Assembly: GCA_030704615.1 (NCBI GenBank)
Contig: CM060733.1
Coordinates: forward strand, 70,184,001-70,248,000
Reading direction: 5' to 3'
DNA: 64,000 bases
From: Takakia lepidozioides
Taxonomy: Eukaryota; Plantae; Bryophyta
This document shows positions 43,124 to 54,645 of this stretch, piece after piece. A model generated the notes under the pieces. It worked only from the letters and a program-made list of their open reading frames with translations, had not been told where the DNA came from and did not search any database. Positions within the stretch are counted from its first letter, which is position 1; the number at the start of each line of letters is the position of its first letter. Made by a program: the position numbers and the translations under genes.

Positions 43124-46100
43124 ATGGGGAGGAAGAAGGACACTCGAGGGGGAGGCGTTGCTGGTGGTGGTGGTGGTAGAGGCAAGCTGCGGACGGAGAA
43201 GGTAAGCTGTAGTTTTGTTTTTTTTCATGACCTGCACTTAGGCATATGCGCCATCGCATAAGCCCCACCAAGCTGCTCCTTATCTAGCACATCCGCCGGC
43301 GCAGATGCCTAAGTCACTTCAAGTCTCACAAGTTTGCGAATCTCCACACATACACACAACCGTCTCCGCCGGCGGAGACAGCTCATTCCCCTTGGTTTTT
43401 TCTGATGCTTGGAAGGGCTGGGCTGCCACCTCCGCCGGCGCATACCGTTGGAGCTGGGATGCTCGCATGTTTCAGGAAGTGCTCCTCTACTCCCATCCCG
43501 TTTATTTTTTTGCATGCTCATACGTTGCTGATGCTCCGAGCGGGTTGGGCTGGCGTATCCGCTGGCGCATACCTGTGCAGCAGGGCTGCTCAAATGTTTC
43601 AGGAAGTTTTCCCTTTTCCATCTTCTTTGTTTTTCCGCATGCTGATGCTCCGAGTGGGCTGCGCTGGCATATCCGCCGGCGCATACCCATTGAGTACATT
43701 CTTTTTTGCTCAGATCATAGGTTTCAGGAACCTCCTGCAAGCGTCTCCACCGGCGGAGACACTTGGAGCTTGGTTTTTTTGCATATTCCCTGTGTTACGG
43801 AAGCTCCAAAGCGCCAAGGCTGCCACCTCTGTCAACACAGACCCGTGCAGCAGGGCTGCTCACATATTTCAGGAAGTTCTCCCCCCCTTCCATCTCTTTT
43901 GTTTCTCCGCATTCTCATAAGTTGTTGATGCTCCGAGCGGGCTGGGCTGCCATATCCGCCGGCGCATACCCATTGAGCACAATCTTTTTTTGCTTAGCTC
44001 CTAGGTTTCAGGAACCTCATGCAAGCATCTCCGCCGGCGGAGATGCTTGGAGCTTGGTTTTTTGTTGTATATTCCTTGTGTTACGTAAGCTCCAAAGTGT
44101 CGAGGCTGCCACCTCCGTCGGCGCAGACGCTTGGGGAACCTTCCCTATTTTGGTTGATCACAGTATTCAAGTATCTCAAAGCTTCTACGTTGCCACCTCC
44201 ACAACTCCACATGCTTCCATAGGCCTAGTTTGATCTTTCAAGGTGCTCCTGTATGTTTGGCTACAACCTCCCTTCCATGGTATGCGCCGGCGCATATGCT
44301 TGGAGCTCCTTGAGCAAAAATTTCTTCAAGGGCCTCAAATCTTGTCAAATTTTGAGTTGGTTGCACATATGTGTCATATGCGCCGGCGTAGGTGGTCGGA
44401 GGTCCTCTGTCGGGATGCTCACGCCTGTATTCTGCTCCAAGTTGTAAGCTTTGAAAGACAAGGATATTCATGGAATTAGTTGACTATCCAAATTCATTTG
44501 TTTTCTTCATGCAACCATGACACTGAACTGCTCTTTTTACATATTATACATTCACACATGTGCTCTTCTCATACACTGACATCTTGAACTGTTTTGGTCT
44601 ATGGAATTAGGAAATTACTACTACAACTGAAGCTGTGGAGGCCGGGACGCTTGCAACCATTATTGACGACATTGATGCAGGGAATTGGGGGCAGATGAGT
44701 ATGAAGAGGATACAACATCTAGTGATCCTCTTTCTCTAGATGCCAAACAGGCAATTATTCTGGAAAAGAAACAAGATCTGAATGTAACTTTCAGGTCCCT
44801 CCTCATTGAGGATGGAGTTATGGACATTCCATTGTGTCGCATGATTTCTATGCAGGTTGTTAGGCCCGCCCTTGCCAACGACATCCTAAAGCTTAGAGGA
44901 GACTTCTATTCTGGATACCATCCAGGAGCAGCCGTGTTCTATGTTTCTGTTGAGGGGATTGATGGATCTACTGTAGATGTAGGTCCTGATATCATCTCTA
45001 CATGGGATAGTCATTGGAAAATAGTCAATGATGAGTTTGAGAAGTATCTTGAGTCCAAGCCAAAGTTGCATCATCTTCGGGGGAAGATGTTTCATGTCTG
45101 GGATGGGAATCATAGGCTTCAAGCATGGTATCCCTATATCAATGAAGTTCATGGGGCCAACTTGTCAAGACATGTCTGTGTGACAAGTTGGGTGCTCAAT
45201 GCGGACATTGAAAATCGTGGTTCCCTCAGGTCCATCATGGATGGAGTGAATGTGTGAGTTTCCTTTCTATTCTTCATTTACTTTCATGTTCAATGTTGTC
45301 ATGTTCTTGCTCAATGGATGTACATATACACATCTTCTTTCTAATGATCATATTTTATATGTGCAGGGCAACAGAGAGGGCACATGTTACATCCAAATTT
45401 GTGCACTTGGTTTGCAAGGTCAATATGATTGGCCTTACACCTGTCTCTGAATGGAAGAATGTATTGAGGAAAGAGCAATACGACGAATGCATCAAGAAAG
45501 CAGGAAAGACTTGGTATAACCTGACAGTCCATGCAATGACAGAGATTTTGTACAAGGTAACATCATGTCTTAACCAAGTTTCATTCTTTGCATCCATAGA
45601 CAAGATTCACCTCTGGTTCATGTTATGAACTGTTTTGGTTCTTTTGGCAGCATGATATTGTTGAGGCCCAACGCATGGCGGGGGAAGCTTACAAACTTGC
45701 TGAGGGGCCAAAGAGTCAAGAGGGCCTTGAAGATACAATGAGACAGGCTGGATTGAAAGCAAGGGAGCAACACAAGAGTCAGCTTGTGAAGTTGCTTCCT
45801 ATTGCTGATCCAACCCTTGGAGAGGGGTTTCTCCAAGAACTTAAACTGCATTGGTCACGTGTAAAGGCAGGATCAGAGGAAATGACCCAAGAGAAAATGG
45901 TGAACATTGCTACCGCCCGGGTGGATCCTGAAGAAAAGGTGGAATGGCTACATATATGGAATGGAGACCAAACACTTCACGACCGTAATTTTTTTCCACC
46001 CGGGCCTATCAGTGGGCCAACACTTGATCCTTGGCTGAATAGAAGGACTTTTTGGTGGCAGGTACATATACAATCACTATCTTCTCAATGCAATTAATTC

Positions 46101-48361
46101 ATTTTGTTGATGACACATTAACATAGTTATTTAACTGACTGTATTTTCTGGCAGCTTCGCAAGGTTGCCTTGGCTCAGTTTGCCTTGTACACCACTCAGC
46201 TTGGCCAATTTCATGTTGCCTTGGAGGAAGGAGAGAGTGAGAGTCTGGGAGACTACATGGATACATGGAAGATGACTCATTTCAATGAGTTGTTTCATAG
46301 AGAGTTCTCATTGCCAAAGGGGCCATTCAGAGGCAATGATTGGGAACAACAAACAGGTGGGGAGAAGGTGGTGAGACGGATTTTATTCAGGTACCATCTT
46401 TCCATTGCATTGTACATGGATAGTGTATACACCTTGTAAGTCAAAAATGTCTATGCTTCAAGTATTTTTCTAGTACATTGGGATATACATGTTTCTTAAT
46501 GTGCTTGTTCAATTGTTGAACAGGTTGCATAAATATTTGTCTCCACAATAACTTTGAATGTGTTTGTATTTTAGGTACATGAGATTTGTGCTTGTACCGA
46601 GTGATCGACTTAAGGCTGAGCCCAAGTTTCTGATGGCCTGGAAGTTTGGTGCTCAACAAGCTTCCATGTACACACCTGCAATTGAGGAAGATTGGGGTGT
46701 GGAACACCGGGAAGGGGGGGTTGGTATTTGGATATGCCCAAGGGTACTATCCCCTATGCAGAAATGGGACTTCATAAGGAATGTGTTCGCAGGCAGTCAG
46801 TGAGTGATGAAGGGGGTATCTCCACTGAAGTCCCTGTTCTTGATCTGGAGCATGCAGAACAGATTGCTACACAGGCCGCTGACGCTGTAGCCCAAGTGGT
46901 CCCTGCCGTTGTGGGTGTACCAAAACGCAAATCACGAAAAAGAAAAGGTGCGGATGTCAATGCAGGTGTGGCTTCTATTGCTGGTCCTATTGGTAGTTCT
47001 TCACATCCTTCAAATCAGTTGGTTGTAGTGCCTGCACCTACTACTCGAGGAAACAAGCCAAAGGCAGGCGAACATCCTTACAGTGCAGTGTCATTTTCTG
47101 GTGGTGCACCTAGCATGTATCGCATGAAGATCATGCCTACTCATTTCATTGATATGGTGGAGGCCTCAAGTACATCTCCTGATGCGACCTTGAAAGAGCT
47201 CATGGAGTTCTTAAAAAATGTGAGTTTCCCCCAACAAACAAACTTGAATGTAAGGAATTCTTCGATGTTTTTATATCCTCATCATCCGGCTATTGACTCC
47301 TACATTTTCTGTATGTTGTTTGCAGTTGCCAGGAACTTGGTCTAGTGTTGTGGATGGAAAAAATGTGCATGTGGCTGTGGACATGATCATCGTGGACTGC
47401 CCAACAGGAATGCCTGTACAGGGCTGTTTGGATGGTGTACAGGTTCCTCCCTGGAATGCTTTTGATAAACGGTATTGGGAGTATGCATTCTCCATTGCTA
47501 ATGACCTGTTGGATGACAATGGATGCTTGGTGTTCTTGCAGGGCTCCGATGATTCATTTGCATTGGAGCTCTTTTCTTACTCCAGGGGCAGCTCTATTTC
47601 CGTATTATCAAGGAAATATACTTGCATCAATACCACCCCTCTACACACTCAGACAGGAAAGGTAAAAATCATCCCTCTTCAATATCTCATTGTTTGATGT
47701 TTCATCTTCCTACTCTCATACATATTATTAAACCATCCGGGTGCACTGTTTTTGTGGAAATGGCACGTCTAACAGACCATGTTCTTCCACGCCCATGTCC
47801 TCACCAAGCAAGGAGGACTATTCAAACTGCGTGAGTCTGGCAAAGTTGTGGACCCCCTTGCAGACCCTGTTGAGTTGGATGCCATCTACAACCACATTCC
47901 AGATGTTGCACTACCCATGCAAACTCCTCAACAAGCCTGGAGGGGTGCGCGAGACCGTAGTCCCGCCTTCATGCAAGTGTTGTTGGAGACATGCTCACCT
48001 CCTGGCTCCCGCATTTTGGATCTCACAGCTGGCACAGGTTTGCATTGGTCTCCATTTTGTAATTAAAATCTTCTGAGCTGATTCATGATCATTAACTGTT
48101 ATCCGATATAATATCATCATTGCATGTTTTTTTCCTGCAGGTTCTACATTTATTGCTGCCCGCGAGTCTGGACGTCACGTATTTGGTCTTGAGGGGGACC
48201 AGACGTTGTATGCAGCACGTCTCTCTGCACTTCAAAATACTCAACCCGTTTTGGTTTCATCTGTGGTAACTCCAACCATTCAACGTCCTGTGAGTTTGTT
48301 GGAACCCCCCGCTCCTAAGGTGGCGCGCAAGCTTGGTCTTCATCTCGGCAGTACTTCCTAG
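43124..48361 (+). CDS. ParB/Srx plus amino-methyltransferase-like protein, multi-exon (copy 2, inner element; at least one frameshift at about 46715)
   Basis: Probable exon 1 MGRKKDTRGG...EK|gtaag (43124-43201). Then MDIPLCRMISMQVVRP...FHVWDGNHRL, VDMIIVDCPT, and WRGARDRSPAFMQVLLETCSPPGSRILDLTAGT|GSTFIAARESGRHVFGLEGD. Confidence 0.72.
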
Positions 48362-49704
48362 TGAGTATGTCTCGCCTCCATTCCCTTTGTTGCAATCTCT
48401 ATATTATTTGCAAAGCAAACCATTCCCATTTGATTTGTTAACATAAGTATACATGTATGTGTGATGCAGTGATGGGATTGTGCGGACCATCTACGATAGT
48501 CTACCCCAAAGTCCTCTTTCATCGTTTTATCTACCTTCGTATGCCGAGTCCCAAGCTTTGCATTCAATACATCAACAACGTGATGTAGGTCTTTCCAATG
48601 ATCTCTTGTTTGACCGAAGAGCAGCTATTGTTGGACAATCCGTGGATAGGTTGCGTAGAGTTGAGGCTTTCATGGATGTGTATGCCTCTGAATCACAGGC
48701 TTATGACACGGATGATGAAGTATCAGCTGATGATGTTATGTAGGTAATTAGAAATTACATATACAATACATTGTCCTCATTGTCAGTCCGAATTTTTTGT
48801 TATTTTTTATGATACATGTATTTCTCTCTAGTGTAAGGTAAAACAAATGGGGCAAATGACATGGTGTTGAAATCAGATTTCATGTTATCTTCCTGTCATT
48901 TGATTTATCTATGTAATAGTTTGTACATAGATCTCTACTGCATTTCATAGATCCCTTTACCTTAATGCAAGTTCGACATGCACTTCAGCACTATCAAATT
49001 TCATCATTAGTAAGATCAACCCTTATGAGTATTGTGGCATGTTATGTACACACAGGGTGACTATCTTTATCTCATTAGTGTTTCATTTCATTAGTGTTTC
49101 AAGTCTGAATGGGTAGTGTAGTGGTATGAACTAGGCTTGATACCCGATAGGTTGTGGGTTCTATCTCTGATGGACATTATGTTTTTGTAAAATAAAAATG
49201 TTTCAGAAGATAGATATATAGATACTGCAAAACCTATGTAACAAAGCTCCCTAGCATTGTCAAGCTCCCTAGCATTCCCTTAGCATTGCTCCATTCTGAA
49301 CTTCAAACTAGACTCCCACCATTGGAAGAGCCCGTACCTTCACCATTTGTATCTAACAAGGAGCCGTGCCTCGTCATTTTTTAATTTTTCGACCTTTTTT
49401 CTCATGTTGGAAAGCCATAAAAGCAACATGTTCATCTCCCATTCCTACACTCACCCATGTGGAATAATAATACAATGAATATGGAATATTCTATATAGAA
49501 TATTCTTATTCCATCCTTTGATATTTTGACTATGGACCCTAAGATTAGATGAATCACAATTTTTTTATATTTTTTTTGTACCCTTATTTAAGTGTTGTGC
49601 ATATAAAATTGTTCCTATGCATATCTAAAATTTGTATGCACGCATACATTCCTCCATATGCATGCATTTGTGTGCGCATATAGTATAGGCTACCTCTTCG
49701 GGAG

Positions 49705-50641
49705 AAACCCATCCGCAACAACATCTGCAATTGCTCTTGGCGCAAGCAAGTCCTTCTTGGAAAGCCATATTTTGAGTGAAGGAGATTCTGTGGGGACTAA
49801 ACTTGACGGTGCAGCATTGGACCTGGTCATGGATTATTTCTCCACTTTAAGTTCACCTAACATTCGGCATCAGATCAATGCATTGAGAATGGGCTCTGGG
49901 ATCAGAGGCTACATAGACAATATTTTGGAATTGAAACGAGTGAGCAAGTACAATTACATCCAGGACAATGTATTCCCAGGTCAAGGTGCCATCAAAGTTT
50001 TTCTTTTCAAAATGTCGACTGTTGAGGAGGGCAGTGGGGTTAGCCTTGTGAAGCGGATGCAGAAGACTGGGGACTTGCAGAATTGTTTTCTTATGTTTGA
50101 TCATGTGAAACGAGTGAAGGATTGGACGACAATGGCTTGTCATGTCTACGATCCAGTGTACCAACGAGTTATGACAATTGCAGTTTGTGACATGCAATCC
50201 GAGGATACGGAATCCCAGAAGCTCATGTGGAATTCCCTGATACGTGTCATGGGCTGCCATGGGCTGCCATCTCCAAATTTCGCAGGTTTCATGGCGGATA
50301 GTGCTCAAGCAAATTTCAATGCTGTTCGTATTGTCTTCGGATCGGGCGACCCAAAAGTGCCTATGCCAGGAAGAGAGCGTACATGTCTATTCCATTGGAC
50401 ACAATATCTAGAAAAACATACAAAGTCGGACATCAAACCAGAGATGCAGACTCAGCACCGTAAATTGTGCAAAGAGTACAAAGATGCTAGAACAATGAAG
50501 GAGGCGGACACTTTGTTCCAAACAATTCGTGCATGGTGGTTCTCTTCTGGAGCTGCATCACTTGAGAGTATGAGAGCATTGGAAGATTGGCTGGCGTTTT
50601 GGCACTTCCGGTATAGACAGTGGGGAGCAGCCATGACAATG
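49705..50641 (+). CDS. Outer transposase, part 2 (MULE DDE core), ends at GT donor 50642
   Basis: FLMFDHVKRVKDWTTMACHVYDP, FAGFMADSAQAN, ERTCLFHW; colinear with 39685-41436. Confidence 0.88.
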
Positions 50642-50730
50642 GTACGAGGCTTCTATTTCATGCTTTATTTATACATTTGCTTTCCATATTTTTGACTCAT
50701 TGCTTTTTTTATGTTGTTTCCTGTGCACTG

Positions 50731-50817
50731 TGTCGTGCGCATACATATCGCTACACAACTACATCGCTGTCCAAACCACACCACACATATATGCACAATA
50801 AAGTAGTTTACCACAAT
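50731..50817 (-). repeat. Repeat B2 (87 bp, terminal)
   Basis: Identical by eye to 51168-51254. Confidence 0.95.
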
Positions 50818-51165
50818 AGATAGAAGTCCAACGAACACACTGTGACACAAAACATGAAAACCAAACCATCACTCTTAGAAAATAGTAGTCGAGCCAGGGG
50901 CACCCCAAGCTATGGGGACTCCACCCCACAACAACCTGTACCCCTACATAAGCACACTCAAATCTAAACACATGCAGGAGCTCGGTCGCGCAGGCTCAAC
51001 TCGAGAAAGATGAGCCGCGCGACTGCCGCTCTCGTGAAGATAAGACGGACCAGGTGTCAAACTAAACTTGACACCTGATTTAACACTTGACCTAAATCCA
51101 AGTGTTAAATACAAATAACTAGTTTTATTCTAGCTGTTTTCACACTGTGCTTATTTAACTTGACA
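50818..51165 (-). repeat. Repeat A2 (348 bp)
   Basis: Identical by eye to 62386-62733 except the base at 50818. Confidence 0.95.
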
Positions 51166-51167
51166 GC

Positions 51168-51254
51168 TGTCGTGCGCATACATATCGCTACACAACTACA
51201 TCGCTGTCCAAACCACACCACACATATATGCACAATAAAGTAGTTTACCACAAT
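51168..51254 (-). repeat. Repeat B1 (87 bp, internal), preceded in element sense by polypurine tract AGGGGGGCG (51263-51255)
   Basis: Direct reading; PPT followed by AT-TGTGG. Confidence 0.9.
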
Positions 51255-51511
51255 CGCCCCCCTAGCTGGTGGATAGGTCCCTCTACCTCCAGATAGCTAC
51301 AAGACGTAATAGCCATAGCCGTACTAAGTCCTGTATCACTGTCCCTATCGCACTCAAACTCTATAGACCAAGAGGCCGGGTACAAGAGTAGCCCCATCGT
51401 TAGTCGCCGTCTTGCAATCTGTGAACTTGAGCCAGGACTTCGTGTATTCAAGGTCTCCTGTAGCTGGGCCTTGCGTTGCTTGTTAGCCTCCCATGGTTGT
51501 ATCCACTCCCA

Positions 51512-52936
51512 CTATCCAATGCATTGTGGACATAACCAATCCCCATCTGGAACCATCTCAAGAGGTGGAGTCAAGCACCCCATATGCCAACCTCTAGAGC
51601 ATCGATCACACACCAGCATGGTGGCTGCCCCTTTAGCAGACCCACACAACATGCACCTCAAACCTGCAGATACCACTGCCAGGTTTGGGTCAATCCTGCC
51701 ATCGACATTCGGAAGGTGACATGGCGCACAATTACGCACATGGTCCTTCCAAGTTATGCCATCCCGACCCTCCAAGACCAAGACGCCTGAGGGCAAGACC
51801 TCTCGTACCCTCAAAATAACACGTCCTGCAGTCACATCCAGGGTCGTAGGAGCAGTCTGCTGCAGATAGACATAGTCACCAGGGTTGAATCTCCGAACCC
51901 CAGGACGATAGCCCCCACCACGTATGGTAGCATACCTCAACGTATCACGGTGTTGTGCAATGGCAAGGTTCTCGAAAGCCATGGGCATGACTCTCTTGAA
52001 CAACTTTGCACGCTGCTCACATGCACGTGCCCATACGTCCGGATCGTCAAGGTTAAGAACTGTAGCAGCTTCTCTGCAAACGGATGTAGGCAAATCCGGC
52101 TCTCGGCCAAAGAGAAGAAAGTATGGTGAGAAGGAGGCAAGTGATGCTTGCTTGCTGAACCTGTAGCCCATGGCTAACCAGGGTAACTGAAGGTCCCAAT
52201 CTCCTAGGTGTCCCTTCTGCAAGCCATACTTGCGCAAACCCCTCTTTACTGTCTGAACAACTCTCTCTGCCAAGCCATCGGCCTCAGGATGATCCCGAGA
52301 AGTGGTGCGGTGGTCTATCAAGGCCTTGTCACACAAAGCCTGAAACTCCCCCAAGAACTCTCTCCCTTGGTCCGTGAGTACCTCAGCTGGAGCACCGAAT
52401 CGGCTAAGCACACAATCCAAGAATGCATACGCAGCTCCCTCACTAGCCTTATCAGGCAATGGAACCAATTCAATCCACTTGGAGAAGTGCTCCACCATCA
52501 CCAACACGTACTTGTTGTGGCACATGGTCAGTGGCAATGGCCCTGCGAAGTCAAGACTCCACCTGTAGCCCAATCCCATGATCGGAAGAGGGTGCAATTG
52601 TGGAGTAGGGGCGTTGAATGAAGCACGCACCCTGTCACACACCATGCACCTAGCCACAAATTGTTGCACCTCTGTGTGCATACCACGCCACCAATACTGC
52701 CCCTGCAGTAGGCTATGGGTGCGTCGCACCCCAAAATGCCCCAACTCCTCGTGGGCATGCCGCACTAACCGTGCCCGCTGTGTTGGGTGAGGCACAATCC
52801 TCACTCGACCATCCTCCCACACTCGGAGCAGGTGTGTCCCCTCCCACTTGAACCTCTTGGCTCGTTGTAGGATCCGATCCCTCTCATTGGCAGTCACAGT
52901 GGCTGCCGTGTCTCCAGTGCGAAGATAGTCCAACAC
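51512..52936 (-). CDS. Integrase (H2C2 zinc domain and rve DDE) with C-terminal PHD finger
   Basis: HEELGH...CMVC; WSLDFAGP, VLTDQGREF, GLAERVV; CMLC...MLVCDRCSRGWHMGCLTPPL..VPDGDWLCPQC (C4HC3). Confidence 0.93.
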   Translation of the reverse strand: MLDYLRTGDTAATVTANERDRILQRAKRFKWEGTHLLRVWEDGRVRIVPHPTQRARLVRHAHEELGHFGVRRTHSLLQGQYWWRGMHTEVQQFVARCMVCDRVRASFNAPTPQLHPLPIMGLGYRWSLDFAGPLPLTMCHNKYVLVMVEHFSKWIELVPLPDKASEGAAYAFLDCVLSRFGAPAEVLTDQGREFLGEFQALCDKALIDHRTTSRDHPEADGLAERVVQTVKRGLRKYGLQKGHLGDWDLQLPWLAMGYRFSKQASLASFSPYFLLFGREPDLPTSVCREAATVLNLDDPDVWARACEQRAKLFKRVMPMAFENLAIAQHRDTLRYATIRGGGYRPGVRRFNPGDYVYLQQTAPTTLDVTAGRVILRVREVLPSGVLVLEGRDGITWKDHVRNCAPCHLPNVDGRIDPNLAVVSAGLRCMLCGSAKGAATMLVCDRCSRGWHMGCLTPPLEMVPDGDWLCPQCIG

Positions 52937-54486
52937 AGCTGAATCCTCATGTATATCTTTGGCGCCACTTGCTCATTGCTGGCCTCAGGGTCCTCAGACA
53001 CTTGATCCACAGTCATCCCTGTTGCAGGTCCAACCTGGCCTTCCGCTGCCAAGATACACAGAAATGCAGATGCATGCCATCCGGGCACCATCTCCTCGTC
53101 CGTCTCACCATGCCACCGAGCTCCAGTGTCATCCTGCTGGCTCGTGCATGGATTGCGACTCAACCCATCTGCATTGCGATTGACCAAACCCGGTCGATGC
53201 ACCACCTGAAAGTCATACTCTTGAAGGATGAGTGCCCACCGTGCAAGCTTCCCCGTAAGCTTGTCTGACTCCATCAACCACTTGAGTGGTTGGTGATCCG
53301 TGACAAGGGTGAAGAGATTGCCGTATAAATAGCACCTGAAGTGTGCCACGGCCCACACTGCAGCTAAGCATTCTCCCTCATATGAGCTATACTTAGACTC
53401 TGCAGCATTGTTCGAGCGGCTAGCATAAGCCACTACGAACTCTCTTCCCTCATCATCCACCTGTGTGAGCACCGCTCCAAGCCCCAGCATGCTCCAATCT
53501 GTATGCAGCTGAAAAGGACGCCCCCTGATAGGTCGTCTCAAGATGGGCGCCGAGGTCAACCTCGCCTTGAGCTCTTGAAAAGCTTGTTCTTGCTCATCTT
53601 CCCACTGCCACTCCTGGTCCACCTTGGTCAGCCTGGTTAGAGCCTTTGCAATGGCACTAAATCCCTTAACAAACCGTCTGTAATAGTTTGCTAACCCCAT
53701 GAAAGCTCGAACTCGGCTCACATCCGTGGGGCGTGGAACCTGTGCAATGGACTCTACCTTAGTCTGCTGTACCCCCAATCCTCCAGGATATATCATGTGA
53801 CCCAGATACTCAATCTGGTTGTGGAAAAACTTGCACTTGCCCGGATGTAACTTCAATCCGTGCGTCCTCAAGCGCTCAAATACCCCCTGAAGGTGTCTCT
53901 CATGCTCCTCCACCGTAGCACTAAAGATGATGATGTCATCTATGTAGCACCGAGCAAACTCCACCCCTGCTAGAATCCTGTCCATGACTCTTTGAAACTC
54001 AGCGGGAGCGTTTTTAAGCCCAAATGGTAAGAACCGCCACTGGTATAGGCAATCCTTCCCGTGCTCGTTGATCCCCCAGAATGCCGTTTTTTGCTTATCC
54101 GCCTCCTTGATCGGCAACTGGTGATATCCGGATCGTAAATCCAACGTGCTAAAGACCTTGGAATGCCCAATGGCATCAAAGATCTCCTCTGGTGTTGGCA
54201 TGGCATACCTATCGGACTTGGTCTGACGATTTACAGGCCGGTAATCACCGCACATACGTCTCTCCGTCCAATTGCCATAGACATCCTTCTTAGCTGGCAT
54301 CACTGTGGCTGAAGCATACTCTCCACCAGAGAGCTCCACCAAACCTGCCTCCCAGAGATCTTGAGTCCTCATCTGAATCAAAGACCTCTCCATGTCACTG
54401 TATCTATAGGGTCTCCGAAAGATTGGCGTGTCAGTGGCCAACTCAATACGGATCTCTTGACCCTTCAGTGCTCCCAAGTCCTTCAA
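52894..54486 (-). CDS. Reverse transcriptase and RNase H
   Basis: RMCGDYRPVN, LDLRSGYHQ, LPFGLKNAP, YIDDII; RNase H LHTDWS, YEGECLA, VTDHQPL, NADGLSR. Confidence 0.95.
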   Translation of the reverse strand: MKDLGALKGQEIRIELATDTPIFRRPYRYSDMERSLIQMRTQDLWEAGLVELSGGEYASATVMPAKKDVYGNWTERRMCGDYRPVNRQTKSDRYAMPTPEEIFDAIGHSKVFSTLDLRSGYHQLPIKEADKQKTAFWGINEHGKDCLYQWRFLPFGLKNAPAEFQRVMDRILAGVEFARCYIDDIIIFSATVEEHERHLQGVFERLRTHGLKLHPGKCKFFHNQIEYLGHMIYPGGLGVQQTKVESIAQVPRPTDVSRVRAFMGLANYYRRFVKGFSAIAKALTRLTKVDQEWQWEDEQEQAFQELKARLTSAPILRRPIRGRPFQLHTDWSMLGLGAVLTQVDDEGREFVVAYASRSNNAAESKYSSYEGECLAAVWAVAHFRCYLYGNLFTLVTDHQPLKWLMESDKLTGKLARWALILQEYDFQVVHRPGLVNRNADGLSRNPCTSQQDDTGARWHGETDEEMVPGWHASAFLCILAAEGQVGPATGMTVDQVSEDPEASNEQVAPKIYMRIQLCWTIFALETRQPL

Positions 54487-54645
54487 ACTGAAGGCACAGC
54501 AATTCCTATAAGCCCTCAGGAACCGCCGTATACGTCGTCTCTCTCCTCCGGTGACAATGGGTCCAATGTCAGGCTCCCAATTGTCCTCCGTAACTGCAAC
54601 CTTAAGTCCAGTGGGCTTAGAGGTAGAGGACGCGTCCCGTGGTTG

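Larger units (their letters stand above)
37926..49696 (-). mobile_element. Inner Mutator-like element (about 11.8 kb) with imperfect TIRs and TSD TTCGGGAG(G/A)
   Basis: TTCGGGAG at 37918-37925 and 49697-49704. Left end GGGGTTGCTATTCCATATGCAC versus right-end reverse complement GAGGTAGCCTATACTATATGCGC. Excision restores EFGR-NPSAT. Confidence 0.85.

Noticed and set aside
43305-44479. Several overlapping 100-200 aa ORFs
   Set aside because: They are by-products of the GC-rich palindrome and tandem array in a probable intron.
30582-48361. Bacterial or phage contamination (ParB-MTase)
   Set aside because: Both genes have many spliceosomal introns and lie within plant transposons contiguous with host genes.
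50731-50817. Repeat B as an 87-bp target-site duplication or host sequence
   Set aside because: The second copy is internal next to the PPT, not at the far end; the ACTG TSD and restored intron place B inside the element.
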